A stretch of 64,000 nucleotides of DNA, from positions 84,630,001-84,694,000 of the forward strand of contig OX597817.1 of assembly GCA_951406725.2 (NCBI GenBank), written 5' to 3'. The DNA is from Octopus vulgaris. Taxonomy: Eukaryota. Both the position numbers and the translations under genes were made by a program. Position 1 is the first letter of the stretch, and each line of letters starts with the position of its first letter. Positions 27,360 to 40,685 of this stretch are shown here, piece after piece. The notes below the pieces were generated by a model. The model ran no database searches. It saw only the letters and a program-made list of their open reading frames with translations, and had not been told where the DNA came from.

Positions 27360-29708
27360 GCCCCCCTAGTGGCTTCTCTTCCTTCTCACATCCATGACAC
27401 CAACCATACTCTTCATCTATTCAACTCTTTCTCCTTCCCTCCTGGCTCCTCCAAACTTCTCTTTACAATGGACATCCAGAGCCTCTACACTGATCCCTCA
27501 CCACGAGGGGCTACGTGCACTGAAACACTTCCTGGACCTCTGACCCAATCCCCAATCCGACACCTCCACACTCATTCATTTGGCCAAACTTATCCTCTCA
27601 CTCAACTGCTTCTCGTTCGCGGGCGAGTTCTACCAGCAGGTCTCGAGAGTGGCCATGGGAATGAGAATGGGCCCCCACTATACGAACCTGTTCGCTGGCT
27701 ATGTTGAGGCCCAAATATTCTCTAGTTTCACTGGTCCCACTCTCAAACTATATGGCCGTTATATTGACGACTATATCGGTGCCACCTCACTCTTCCGCGA
27801 ACATCTAGACTCCTTCCTCTCTTTCGTCAAATCTTTCCATCCTGCCCTCCACTTCTCCTGCACTATCTCTGACACCTCTGTCTCCTTTCTTGACATGTCA
27901 GTCAGCATTCATCACTCCACTCTTACCACCTCCATCCACTACAAACACACAGACTCACACTCATACCTAAACTTCTCCTCCTCCCACCCCAAACACACCA
28001 AGCTTTCCATCCCCTATCCCCAATTCCTCCGTGTACGCAGGCTCAGTAATGACGACCATGACTTTGAGACTCAGTCTCAACTCATGGCTCGCCACTTCAT
28101 CCTACGTGGATATCCCCTCACCACTATCCACACCGCCCTTGCCAGAGCATGTTCTGTGGACCGTACATCTGCTCCCCCCCGCACCCGCCCTGCAGTCTTC
28201 CGCCTCCCCTTTCCCTTCACCTACCACCCCACCACCCTACCTGTCCAACGCACCATTCTCCGAGCTTTCCGGCATCTCCAATCCAACCCGTCCACTTCAC
28301 ACATCTTCCCTAAGTGACCCCTCCCCTCCTTCAAACAAGCCCACAACCTACGAGACTTCTTGGTCCACAGCTTATCCAACCCTACCTCCCAACCTGGCTC
28401 GTTCCCCTACTCCCGCCCACACTGCCGCACTTGCCCTTACCTCTCCAACACCACCCTCCTCACCAGCACCCATCATCGACTCCTTCACCTGCACCTCCAG
28501 CAATATCATCTATTGCATCTCCTGCTCTCTCTGCCATTCCCTGTACATCGGACAAACGGGACGCCGCTTGGCTGACCGGTTCATGGAACACCTCCGAGAC
28601 ATCTGCCGCAGCAATGACACCCCGGTCTCACGCCATTTCCGCTCCACGGGTCACTCCTTGCAACACCTGTCTGTGTTCGGATTGTCCTTGCACAGAGGCC
28701 ATCCGGACTCCCGTTTGTACCGTGAACAGAGATTAACCTTCTTTCTTCGCTCTTTTATGCCATTTGGGCTCAACTCTCCTCCCCTCTTCATCTAACCTCC
28801 TCCCCAACTCCTACTTCTCTTCACTCCTACATCTTTTCACCCCTACTCTCTTTCTCTCTGCTCCCTCACTCTCCTTCTCTCCTCTCTCCCTCCTCCTTCT
28901 TCCCACCCAACTCTCCTCTCTTGCCCCGACTCCTACTTCTCTTCACCCCTACTCTCTTTCCCTCTTCTCTCTTACTCTCTTTCTCTCTTCTCTCCCCTCT
29001 TTCCCTCTTCCCTCTTACTCTCTTTCTATCTTCCCTCTTTCTCTCTTACTCTTTCACCCTCTCTTTCTCTCTTCTCTCCTCCTCTTTCCTCACATACCCA
29101 CCTTCCGCTCCCCCCATAAGCCCACCCACCCCTACTCCACCTTCCCATCCCCCCATCCTATCCCACACACCCTTCCCCACATACCCCACCTCTACCCCCA
29201 CCCTCTGCCTACCCACAAACCCCAACTCTACCCCAACCCTCAGTCGAACCAACACCCCACCAGTGCTTTCCCCACTCTTGCCTCCCCCACCTCCCAACAT
29301 CACACCATACATTACACATCACATCACAACACACCGCCCACACACTCATCCCCACATTTTCACACCTACACATACATACACACACACATCCAAACCACCA
29401 GCCCTCTTTCACACGCACATACATACTCTCTTATACACACACGCACCTTCGTGTTGGGGGCATCTTTACTTTGTTATCTCCCCTACTTTACTCCTCGTGT
29501 GTGACCCTTCAGTCTGAGTCAAACGCCATGATAGATCATTAGCCACTACACACATTTTTTTCTCTCCTTTGTTTTTTCTGTGCCCCTTTCTGTAGAAGAG
29601 CGTAGGCTCGAAACGTAAAAGACTTTTTCTATTCCTGAGCGTTATACTAATACATCTGTTTGTTTTGTACACCACCTGTCTTCGTCTTTTGTTTTTTTCA
29701 TAAACTCT

Positions 29709-29712
<4 letters not shown>
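27360..29712 (+). mobile_element. 5'-truncated, frameshifted Penelope-like retroelement (RT plus GIY-YIG, Neptune-like)
   Basis: [44 protein letters not shown]; CRTC linker; [27 protein letters not shown]. Long CT-rich 3' UTR, hammerhead, then (TA)n. Confidence 0.92.
29586..29621 (+). ncRNA. Minimal hammerhead, A6U core variant (H3)
   Basis: CUUU-CUGUAGA-A-GAGC(GUAG)GCUC-GAA-ACGU-A/AAAG. Confidence 0.7.
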
Positions 29713-29740
<28 letters not shown>

Positions 29741-29743
<3 letters not shown>

Positions 29744-32700
29744 GTCGAGATGCTTGAACGGAGATGTGTGGATATATGTTGCATGCAAGAAATAAGGTGG
29801 AGAGGAGGATCAGCTAGGTTCCTCACAGGCAAGGAACGCAGGTACAAGATTTTCTGGGCAGGGAACACTGACGGGGTTGGTGGCGTGGGTATACTTATCG
29901 CTGAGAAATGGGTAGATAAAGTAATTGAGGTAATCAGAGTAAGTGACAGAATACTTAAGATTAGATTAGTGCTTCATCATAGTTTAGCAACCATTATATC
30001 AGCCTATGCTCCTCAGTCGGGGCTACCCGATGGACAGAAAGACCGATTCTATGACACTCTACTGCAGACTACCTCATCGACGAACGACAGAGACCTTATC
30101 TTTGTGGCTGGTGACTTCAATGGTCACGTTGGACGACATGCTGGGGGCTTCCATGGCGTACATGGAGGCTATGGCTATGGCTCCCGCAACGAGGAGGGAA
30201 CCAGGCTGCTGGAGTTCTGCGATGCAAATAATCTTATGATTTGCAACACTAACTTCAGGAAACCTACCAGCCACCTAGTCACTTACCAATCGGGCCAACA
30301 TACCAGCCAAATTGACTACATCCTTACAAGGCAAAGGGAGAGATGGCTGCTTATAAATGCCAAAACCTTCCCAGGTGAAGAATGTATCCCACAACATAGA
30401 CTGGTAGTTAGTGACTTTAGGATCAAGACTAGGAGGACAACCAGAAGACGACAAATATGGAGAAGAAGGATCTGGAAGCTTAAAGATCCTGCAAATGGAC
30501 AGAGATTTAGGGACATATTACTTGAAGCCTCTGACGAAGTAGAAGGGGATAGAGCATCACAGGGGGTAGAAGACAGCTGGACGTTTCTAAGGGACAACCT
30601 GCTGAGAGCCACTGACCAGATCTGTGGCTGGTGCAAAGTCCCCTCTCGACCTAGAATAACGTGGTGGTGGAACAATATTGTAGACAGGGCTATTAGAGAA
30701 AAGAGACAGGCTTGGAAGGTCTGGAAAAATGGGGGTAGCAGGGAATTGTATCAGACTGCCAAAAGAGAAGCTAGGAGACAGGTTTATTTAGCCAGAGGGG
30801 AAGCAGATAAGAAAAAATTTGCCAATGTTCTGCGCCGTGAGGACCAAAGACTGGAGGTGTTTCGTGTTGCAAGACAGTGTGTGAGAGAGAATCGTGATGT
30901 GGTAGGAGAGAAGTGTGTTCGCATGGAAGATGGTTCACTTGCGCTAAATGAGGATGCAAAGAGAGAGGTTTGGAGATGCCACTATGAAAGGTTGCTGAAT
31001 GAAGAAAATGAATGGGATAAAGAGAGTCTGCCGAATGTTGACCCAACAGAGGGACCAGCTATCCGAGTTGATAGTTCTGTGGTAGCAAAGGCAATTAGAA
31101 GCATGAAGACAGGGAAAGCCCCAGGCCCATCAGGAATCACTGCAGAGATGCTCAAAATGTCTGGTAGTGTCGGCTATAGCCTAGTCACCCATATAGTTAA
31201 TCAGGTGATACACAAAGGAGTCATACCCAATGACTGGTGTAGCAGTATAATAGTCAACTGCTACAAAGGTAAAGGTGATGCCCTAGATACAAATAACTAC
31301 AGAGGTATCAAGCTGTTGGACCAGGTGATGAAGGTTACGGAGAGGGTCATAGCCCAACTAATTAGAGAGAGAGTTAGTTTAGATAAGATGCAGTTTGGGT
31401 TTGTGCCAGGGAAAAGTACTACTGATGCTATATTCCTGGTAAGGCAGCTGCAGGAGAAATACCTAGCCAAAGATAAGCCCCTGTACCTGGCTTTTGTTGA
31501 CATGGAGAAAGCCTTCGACAGGGTCCCCCGATCCCTTATCTGGTGGGCAATGAGGAAACTAGGGATAGATGAATGGTTAGTGAGAGCTGTGCGGGCCATG
31601 TACAGGGACGCCGCTAGTAGGGTGAGGGTTGGAAATGTGTACAGTGAAGAATTCCGGGTAGAGGTAGGGGTCCACCAAGGCTCAGTACTCAGCCCCCTCC
31701 TATTTATCATAGTCCTCCAGGCAATAACGGAGGAATTCAAGACAGGATGCCCTTCGGAGCTCCTCTATGCTGATGACCTTGCTCTAATTGCTGAGTCGCT
31801 ATCAGAACTGGAGGAGAAGTTTCAGGTGTGGAAACAAGGATTAGAATCGAAGGGCCTCAGAGTCAATCTAGCTAAAACCAAAGTCGTAATCAGTAGGAAG
31901 GTAGACAAATCACAAACACCTTCAGGTAGATGGCCCTGCTCGATCTGTAGAAAAGGTGTAGGTAGAAACTCTATAAGATGCACCAAGTGTAAGCTATGGA
32001 CACATAAGAGATGCAGCAATGTCAAAGGAAGGCTAACTAGGAAGATGGTTTTTGTATGTGGCAGATGCTCAGGAACAATAAACACTGAAAATGCTCTGAG
32101 ACCAACTTCCGTCACTTTCCAGGGAGAAAAACTAGAAATAGTTGATAGTTTCCGTTACCTAGGTGACCAAGTCAGCAGCGGGGGCGGGTGTGCTGAAAGT
32201 GTAACTGCTAGAGTAAGAATAGCTTGGGCAAAGTTCAGAGAGCTCTTACCTCTGCTGGTGAGAAAAGGCCTCTCGCACAGAGTGAAAGGCAGACTGTATG
32301 ATGCGTGTGTACGAACAGCCATGCTACATGGCAGTGAAACATGGGCCGTGACTGCTGAGGATATGCGTAAGCTCGCTAGAAATGAAGCCAGTATGCTCCG
32401 ATGGATGTGTAATGCCGGTACTCACACTCGGCAGAGTGTAAGTACCTTGAGAGAAAAGCTGGACCTAAGAAGCATCAGTTATGGTGTGCAAGAGAGACGT
32501 TTGCGCTGGTATGGTCATGTGGCGAGAATGGATGAAGATAGTTGTGTGAAAAAGTGCCACACCCTAGCGGTTGAGGGAACCTGTGGAAGAGGCAGACCCA
32601 GGAAAACCTGGGACGAGGTGGTGAAGCACGACCTTCGAACTTTAGGTCTCACTGAGGAAATGACTAGAGACCGAGACCTCTGGAAGTGTGCTGTGCGCGA

Positions 32701-33318
32701 GAAGACCCGGCAGGACAAGTGAGTCCACAACCCGTGGCCTTCTACATGGGATGGAGCCAGCCTACGTATGCATACCTTCCCTTCTTGGGACACAAAACTC
32801 TACTTGTGAAGACGTGTTGAGGCAAGTGAGGATCAGAATCGAAATCGATCAATGGAAATTGCGGATGTGCTACCAGTGCCGGTGGCATGTCGAAACTCTG
32901 CTTGTGAAGACCCATTGAGGCAAGTGAGGATCAGAATCGAAATCGATCAATGGAAATTGCAGATGTGTTACCAGTGCCGGTGGCATGTAAGAGAACTTTC
33001 CGTTTCGCGACCGTTGCCAGCACCGCCCCGTTTCGTGTCCGTTGCCAGCCTCGCCTGGCTCTCGTGCCGGTGGCACATAAAAAGCACCATCCGTTCGTGG
33101 CCGTTTGCCAGCTCTGTCTGGCACCAGTGCGGGTGGCACGTAAAAAGCACCCACTACACTCACGGAGTGGTTGGCGTTAGGAAGGGCATCCAGCCGTAGA
33201 AACACTGCCAGATTTGACTGGGCCTGATGAAGCCTTCTGGCTTCACAGACCCCAGCAGAACCGTCCAACCCATGCTAGCATGGAAAACGGACGCTAAATG
33301 ATGATGATGATGATGATG
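29741..33318 (+). mobile_element. Young, slightly 5'-truncated RTE LINE with an uninterrupted APE-RT(PHD) ORF (29741-32722)
   Basis: MQEIRW, AGDFNGHVG, QIDYIL, QHRLV (APE); NYRGIKLL, QFGF, FVDMEKAFDRV, GVHQGSVLSP, YADD, FRYLG (RT); RGRPRKTW. 3' UTR ends in (GAT)n. The ORF-track start at 29660 is read-through of flanking sequence. Confidence 0.96.
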
Positions 33319-33319
33319 A

Positions 33320-33694
33320 TATATATATGTATATATATATATACATATCCATATATATAAACATATATATACACATATCCATATATATAAATATATATAT
33401 ACACATATCCATATATATAAATATATATATATACACATATCCATATATATAAATATATATATATACATATCCATATATATAAATATATATATATACATAT
33501 CCATATATATAAATATATATATACACATATCCATATATATAAATATATATATACACATATCCATATATATAAATATATATATACACATATCCATATATAT
33601 AAATATATATATACACATATCCATATATATAAATATATATATACATATCCATATATATATATATATATATACATCCATATAAATATATATATAT
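33320..33694. repeat. ~30-bp AT-rich minisatellite (acacatatccatatatataaatatatatat)
   Basis: Directly visible; the same motif occurs at 44400-44995. Confidence 0.9.
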
Positions 33695-34845
33695 AAGTTG
33701 GACCTAAGAGGAATCAGATGTTGTGTGCAAGAGAGACGATTGCGCTGGTATGGTCATGTGGTGAGAATGGATGAAGATAGGTGTGTGAAAAAGTGCCACA
33801 CCCTGGCAGTTGAGGGGACCTGTAGAAGAAGGTAGACCCAGGAAAACCTGGGTCGAGGTGGTGAAGCACGACCTTCGAACTCTAGGTCTCACCAAGGAAA
33901 TGACCAGAGACCGAGACCTATGGAAGTATGCTGTGCGTGAGAAGACCCGGAAAGACCAGTGAGAACAATCAAAATCAAATCATATATCAGAAAGCAGGGG
34001 TTAAGTGACCCATCCGTTCGTGTCCGCTGTCAGCCTCGTCTGGCACCCGTGCCGGTGATACGTAAAAGCACCATTCGCTCATGGCCGTTTGCCAGCTCTG
34101 CCTGGCCCCATGTCGGTGGCACGTAAAAGCACCATCCGTTCGTGTTCGTTGCCAGCCTCGCCTGGCCCCGTGCCGGTGACACGTAAAAGTACCGTCCATT
34201 CGTGGCCGTTTGCCAGCTCTGTCTGGCCCCGTGTCGGTGGCACATAAAAGCACCATCCGTTCGTGGCCGTTTGCCAGCTCTGTCTGGCCCCGTGTCGGTG
34301 GCACGTAAAAGCACCATCCGTCCGTGTCCGTTGCCAGCCTCGGCTGGCCCCCTTGCCGGTGACACGTACAAGCACCGTCCGCTCGTGGCCGTTTGCCAGC
34401 TCTGTCTGGCAACCGTGTCGGTGGCACGTAAAAGCACCATCCGTTTGCATCCGTTGCCAGCCTCGGCTGGCCCCCGTGCCGGTGACACGTAAAAGCACCG
34501 TCCGTTCGTGGCCGGTTGCCAGCTCTGTCTGGCCCCGTGTCGGTGGCACGTAAAAGCACCATCCGTTCGTGTCCGTTGCCAGCATCGCCTAGCCCCGTGC
34601 CGGTGACACGTAAAAGCACCATCCGTTCGTGGTCGTTCGCCAGCTCTGTCTGGCACCTGTGCAGGTGGCACGTAAAAAACACCCACTACACTCGCGGAGT
34701 GGTTGGCGTTAGGAAGGGCATCCAGCCGTAGAAACACTGCCAGATCTGACTGGGCCTGACGAAGCCTTCCAGCTTCACAGACCCCAGTTGACCCGTCCAA
34801 CCCATGCTAGCATGGAAAGCGGATGCTAAACGATGATGATGATGA
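33695..34845 (+). mobile_element. RTE LINE 3' fragment with an expanded 3' UTR minisatellite
   Basis: [21 protein letters not shown]-terminus; 11 units of ~61 bp at 34009-34680; (GAT)n tail. Confidence 0.9.
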
Positions 34846-34952
34846 TATCCATATATATATATATATACATATCCATATATATATATATATACATATCCAT
34901 ATATATATATATATATATATACATATCCATATATATATATATATATACATAT

Positions 34953-34990
<38 letters not shown>

Positions 34991-35224
34991 ATATATATAT
35001 ATACATATCCATATATATACATATCCATATATATATATATATATATCCATATATATATATACATATCCATATATATATATACATATCCATATATATATAT
35101 ATATATATATATACATATCCATATATATATATATATATATATATACATATCCATATATATATATATATATATTATTAGTGAATTGAAGAAATGGAGTTGA
35201 ACGAAGATTGAATAGAAATCGTTT

Positions 35225-35309
35225 TATTTCATTCTACACGTGTTTCGAAATTTACCAAATTCGATTGAATAATGAGACCATATTGTGTCTTTCTCTTCAG
35301 GAAGAAATA
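35225..35309 (-). ncRNA. Inverted copy of hammerhead H4 with a 7-nt helix II deletion
   Basis: Reverse complement of 35488-35579, but ggtaaatttcgaa replaces ggtaaattgtgcctttcgaa. A 4-bp helix II (GAAA/UUUC) is still possible. Confidence 0.7.
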
Positions 35310-35487
35310 GGAAATCCGTTGGAAAAAACAAAAACAGAACAGAGGCGGAGCAAAACAAATCGAACTAGGCTCCTAAGAGCCCATGGCAAAACAGTACAGC
35401 CATGAGTTTGGCCATGGGCTCTTAGGAGCCTAGTTCGATTCGTTTTGCTCCGCCTCTGTTCTGTTTTGTTTTTTCCAACGGATTTCC

Positions 35488-35579
35488 TATTTCTTCCTGA
35501 AGAGAAAGACACAATATGGTCTCATTATTCAATCGAATTTGGTAAATTGTGCCTTTCGAAACACGTGTAGAATGAAATA
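35488..35579 (+). ncRNA. Type I hammerhead ribozyme with canonical core (H4)
   Basis: UAUUUCUUC-CUGAAGA-GAAAGACACAAU...AUUGUGCCUUUC-GAA-ACACGUGU-A/GAAUGAAAUA. Confidence 0.85.
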
Positions 35580-35790
35580 AAACGATTTCTGTTCAATCTT
35601 CGTTCAACTCCATTTCTTCAATTCACTAATAATATTAAAATTCAATTATCCGCACCAACGCACGGTTGCAACACCATATGGTTGTACCTCCAACCGTGCT
35701 GTCTTCTGCTGTGATTTTTGCTACCAAGGTATCGGTTAAACTTTTGATTAATCTGCAACAAGATTATTCATCTTTCTATTTCACATAATA

Positions 35791-36990
<1,200 letters not shown>

Positions 36991-36992
36991 AA

Positions 36993-37293
36993 TGTGGAGG
37001 CGCAATGGCCCAGTGGTTAGGGCAGCAGACTCACGGTCGTAGGATCGCGGTTTCAATTCCTAGACTGGGCGTTGTGAGTATTTATCGAGCGAAAACACCT
37101 AAAGCTCCACGAAGCTCCAGCAGGGTGTGGTGGCGATCCCTGCTGTACTGTTTTGCCGCAACTTTCTCTCACTCTTTCTTCTGTTGGCCTGCTCGCTTGG
37201 CCAGCAGGGTGGCGTCATTTGAAGGTTAAAACAATGCGAAGCGCATTGAGACCAGAGATGTGTAGCAACATCTGATAGCCTGGTCAGTCACAT
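36993..37293 (+). mobile_element. tRNA-derived SINE (family 4)
   Basis: tggcccagtgg A box and ggtttcaattcc B box. Counterpart at 46336-46637. Confidence 0.78.
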
Positions 37294-37392
37294 GATATAA
37301 ATATATGTATATAAATATATATATACATATATAAATATATGTATATAAATATATATATACACATATATATATATAAATATATGTATATAAAA

Positions 37393-37430
<38 letters not shown>

Positions 37431-37433
<3 letters not shown>

Positions 37434-37748
37434 GGAGTAAACACATAAATGTGAAACAAGGTGGAAAAAAGAGTACTCAAATACCAGTGGTAGAGTAATA
37501 TGCTTTATTTAAAGCAGCAGAAAATTCAACAAAATCTGTTACTCTGAGTTTCTCGTTGCCGTTCATCAGACAGTTTTTGCTAGAATGGAACCGATATATC
37601 AATTCAATCTAGACTCTTTTTAAAGGTGTAGCGTTTGTAAGAGTCTAGATTGAATTGATATATCGGTTCCATTCTAGCAAAAACTGTCTGATGAACGGCA
37701 ACAAGAAAACTCAGAGTAACAGATTTTGTTGAATTTTCTGCTTTAAAT

Positions 37749-37750
<2 letters not shown>
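37431..37750. mobile_element. PLE-type inverted pLTR palindrome (family H1)
   Basis: Arms at about 37504-37618 and 37639-37750. Same family as 7489-7691. Confidence 0.78.
37533..37575 (-). ncRNA. Minimal hammerhead H1, intact, on the CTCF sense strand
   Basis: Exact reverse complement of 7618-7660. The plus-arm partner at 37682-37725 is mutated (acggcaacaagaaaac). Confidence 0.75.
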
Positions 37751-37808
<58 letters not shown>

Positions 37809-37989
37809 GTAGATAAAACAGGGGACAACTTATGAAGGGAATGTTCTTTATGTTGCCTGTCTTGTTTCTCTGTTTCTTTCGTTGTTTGAAAAAGTTCATT
37901 TTCTATGTTTTTGTGTTTTATGTTCTCATTCCTCATTTTGTTCATATTTTTTTGATGTCCTGCACCTATATATGCATGTATATATATAC

Positions 37990-38020
<31 letters not shown>

Positions 38021-38070
38021 GGTATGTACATATATGTATATATGCATATAGTTATATATTATTTATATAT

Positions 38071-38109
<39 letters not shown>

Positions 38110-38125
38110 TATATTATTTATATAT

Positions 38126-38176
<51 letters not shown>

Positions 38177-38192
38177 TATATTATTTATATAT

Positions 38193-38232
<40 letters not shown>

Positions 38233-38660
38233 CAAGCCAGTAAGGGGAAGTTGATCTTCTATGTTCAAAGGTTTATGGACACAGATTTGTGCATCATATA
38301 GTTTAGCAATGAATTTTAATACCTAGGCGTGCTGTTGTATCTCTCCTTTGGAGAGATTTAGAAATTATAGCATTTCTATTTTTGAAAATCAGTGAATGTG
38401 TTTCACTGAATATTTATAAATAAAACCTTCAAACAGAGGTCAACAGTGACCCCTGCTGGACTCGGCTACTCAACATTAATAAGGGACAACTACCACGAAA
38501 CCGGTCTGTGGACCAAACCAGCAAGGGGAAGTTGATGACCTCCTCTGTTCGAAGGTTTATGGATGTAGATTTGTGTGTCATATAGCTAACTAGAGGCGAT
38601 CGCCTTTCAGAGCTAATCAACAGCAGCATTTGTCCTATTTCTCTGGGCATATATATATAT

Positions 38661-38846
38661 CTTTACTCTTTTACTTGTTTCAGTCATGTGACTGTGGCCA
38701 AGCAAATCGTCCCCAGGACTTATTCTTTGTAAGCCTAGTACTTATTCTATCGATCTCTTTTGCTGAACCACTAAGTTACAGGGACATAAACACACCACCA
38801 TCGGTTGTCAAACGATGTTGGAGTACAAACACAGACATACAAACAT

Positions 38847-38877
<31 letters not shown>

Positions 38878-39050
38878 CATATATACAACGGGCTTTTTTC
38901 AGTTTCCGTCTACCAAATCCACTCACAAGGCTTTTGTGAGCCCAAGGCTACAGTAGAAGACATTTGCCCAAGGTGCCATGCAGTGGCACTGAACCTGGAA
39001 CCATGTGGTTGGTAAGCAAGCTACTTATCACACAGCCACTCCTACACCTA
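38661..39050 (-). mobile_element. SINE family 1
   Basis: Reverse complement of 3834-4247. Counterpart at 47880-48268. Confidence 0.85.
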
Positions 39051-39149
39051 CATAAACTGTTTTTATATATATATAATTATTTAAACACAAAAACACACAC
39101 ACATACAGAGAGAGGGGAGAGAGAGAGGGGAGAGAGAGAGAGAGATAGA

Positions 39150-40685
39150 GAAAAAGGTATTCAGTAAAAGGTCTGCCAACATTCTGTAATCTGAAGCTCA
39201 AGAGACATGAAGTGTTCTGGCTTGAAAAGCTGTGCTTCAGTATGTATTAGGATGTTTGTGAGAAGTGTTTATGTAACAATAGCCTTCATTCTTAGTGTGA
39301 AAAAAGTAGTATAGAATTGCTACAAGAAGAAGGGAATAAGTGAGAAAGAGATATAGATGATTTCAATTAGACTCAAGAGGGGAACCAGGAACTGAAAATG
39401 ATCCAACCAAAAGACCAGTTACTGAAATAGTGATATTGTTGAAATGAAATCAGAGAAAATAGCTTGTCCATCAGTGAAAGTCACTGAGGCACTGAAAATA
39501 TCTAGCAAAATAGGAACAAATTCATCATTCAATACCTCAAATATTTTGCCAATGACTGGCAAAATATTTTTATCAACTGATACAAGAAAAAAAAATTTTT
39601 GTGAAAGAAGCAATGACAGGCACACCAAATTGATAGGCCAGGTTAGGAAAAACAACAAAAAGAATTCTACCACAACTAATTAGGAAAGAAATCAGTTTAG
39701 ACAAGATGCAGTTTGGGTTTGTGTCTGGAAGGGAACTACTAAGAGGGACAACTACAGAAGTTGTTAGCAAAAAGCCATTCTATGCAACATTTGATGACCT
39801 AGAGACAGTCTCTGACAGCAAACCACATTCTGCAGTACAGTGTTCATTAACCCTTTCATTCCCATATCCGTTTTGAAATACATTTGCAATCAATTTCTAA
39901 AATAATGAAGAATTTAGTAAAATAACATGATCATTATTAAACTGGCTTTTGAAGCAAAAGGGTTTTAATTTAGATCACTTTAAAAACAGGAAGTTGGTAT
40001 AGTAGAACCAGGAGCAATGAGGCAGGTTGGTATCAAATGCATTAAGAAAACTAGTTGTAGATAAGTAGATTGTGAATGCCATATACTCATGTACAGAGAT
40101 ACTGTCAGCAAAGAGAAAGATCAGTAAAATAAGTTTAGGGAGGTAAGAGTCTATCAACGTTCAGGTCTCAACCTCTTCTCATTTAGTATAGTCCTCCAGG
40201 CCATAACAGAAGTGTTCAAGACTGGCTATTCCCAAGAACTCCTGCATGCCAATGGTATAGTTCTTAAAGGTTAAACAGTCAAAAAATCAGAGAAGAAATT
40301 CCAAACATGGAAACCTAGAATTCAATCAGCAGGAAAGAATACAAGACTCTACTGCTATCTGGGTGGGAAGTGGCCAAGTTCAATATATAGGAATACCATA
40401 AAGATACCCATTATAAACTATGGGTGCAGAATAAGACCACATATAGACTCACACAGAAATATTTTGTATGCAGAAGATATGTAGGAATAGTTAATAACAA
40501 GTACATCCATAAAATCAATTCTTTGAAATGCAGAGATGACTGTCCAGAAATAGTTATAGCTTCCTTTATGTAAGTGACCTAATCAGCATAGGAGGAGCAT
40601 ATTCCAAAAGCATAGAAGCCAAACAAAGAAGAGGAAGGGAAGAGTTCAAGTAGTTATTACAGTTGCTAGCAACAAAGGGATTCTC
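39150..40685 (+). mobile_element. Old, highly decayed RTE LINE with nested insertions
   Basis: Residual matches to the RTE RT (caactaattaggaaagaaatcagtttagacaagatgcagtttggg; atagtcctccaggccataacagaagtgttcaagac). Counterpart at about 48350-49885. Confidence 0.65.

Larger units (their letters stand above)
35171..35790 (+). mobile_element. PLE-type inverted pLTR palindrome (family H4) with two hammerheads
   Basis: Near-perfect ~220-bp inverted arms at 35171-35390 and 35407-35634, plus a 155-bp one-sided extension. (TA)n on both sides. Confidence 0.8.

Noticed and set aside
28764-29517. Pro/Ser/Leu-rich ORFs (also 45368-45690)
   Set aside because: Low-complexity CT-rich Penelope 3' UTR.
34009-34680. 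Regular ~61-bp repeats resembling a CRISPR array
   Set aside because: No unique spacers, no cas genes, eukaryotic context; the array is part of an RTE 3' UTR.
38231-38590. Diverged ~75-bp direct repeat (38231-38305 vs 38515-38590) as possible LTRs
   Set aside because: Too short and diverged; no TG..CA ends, primer-binding site or coding remnant.
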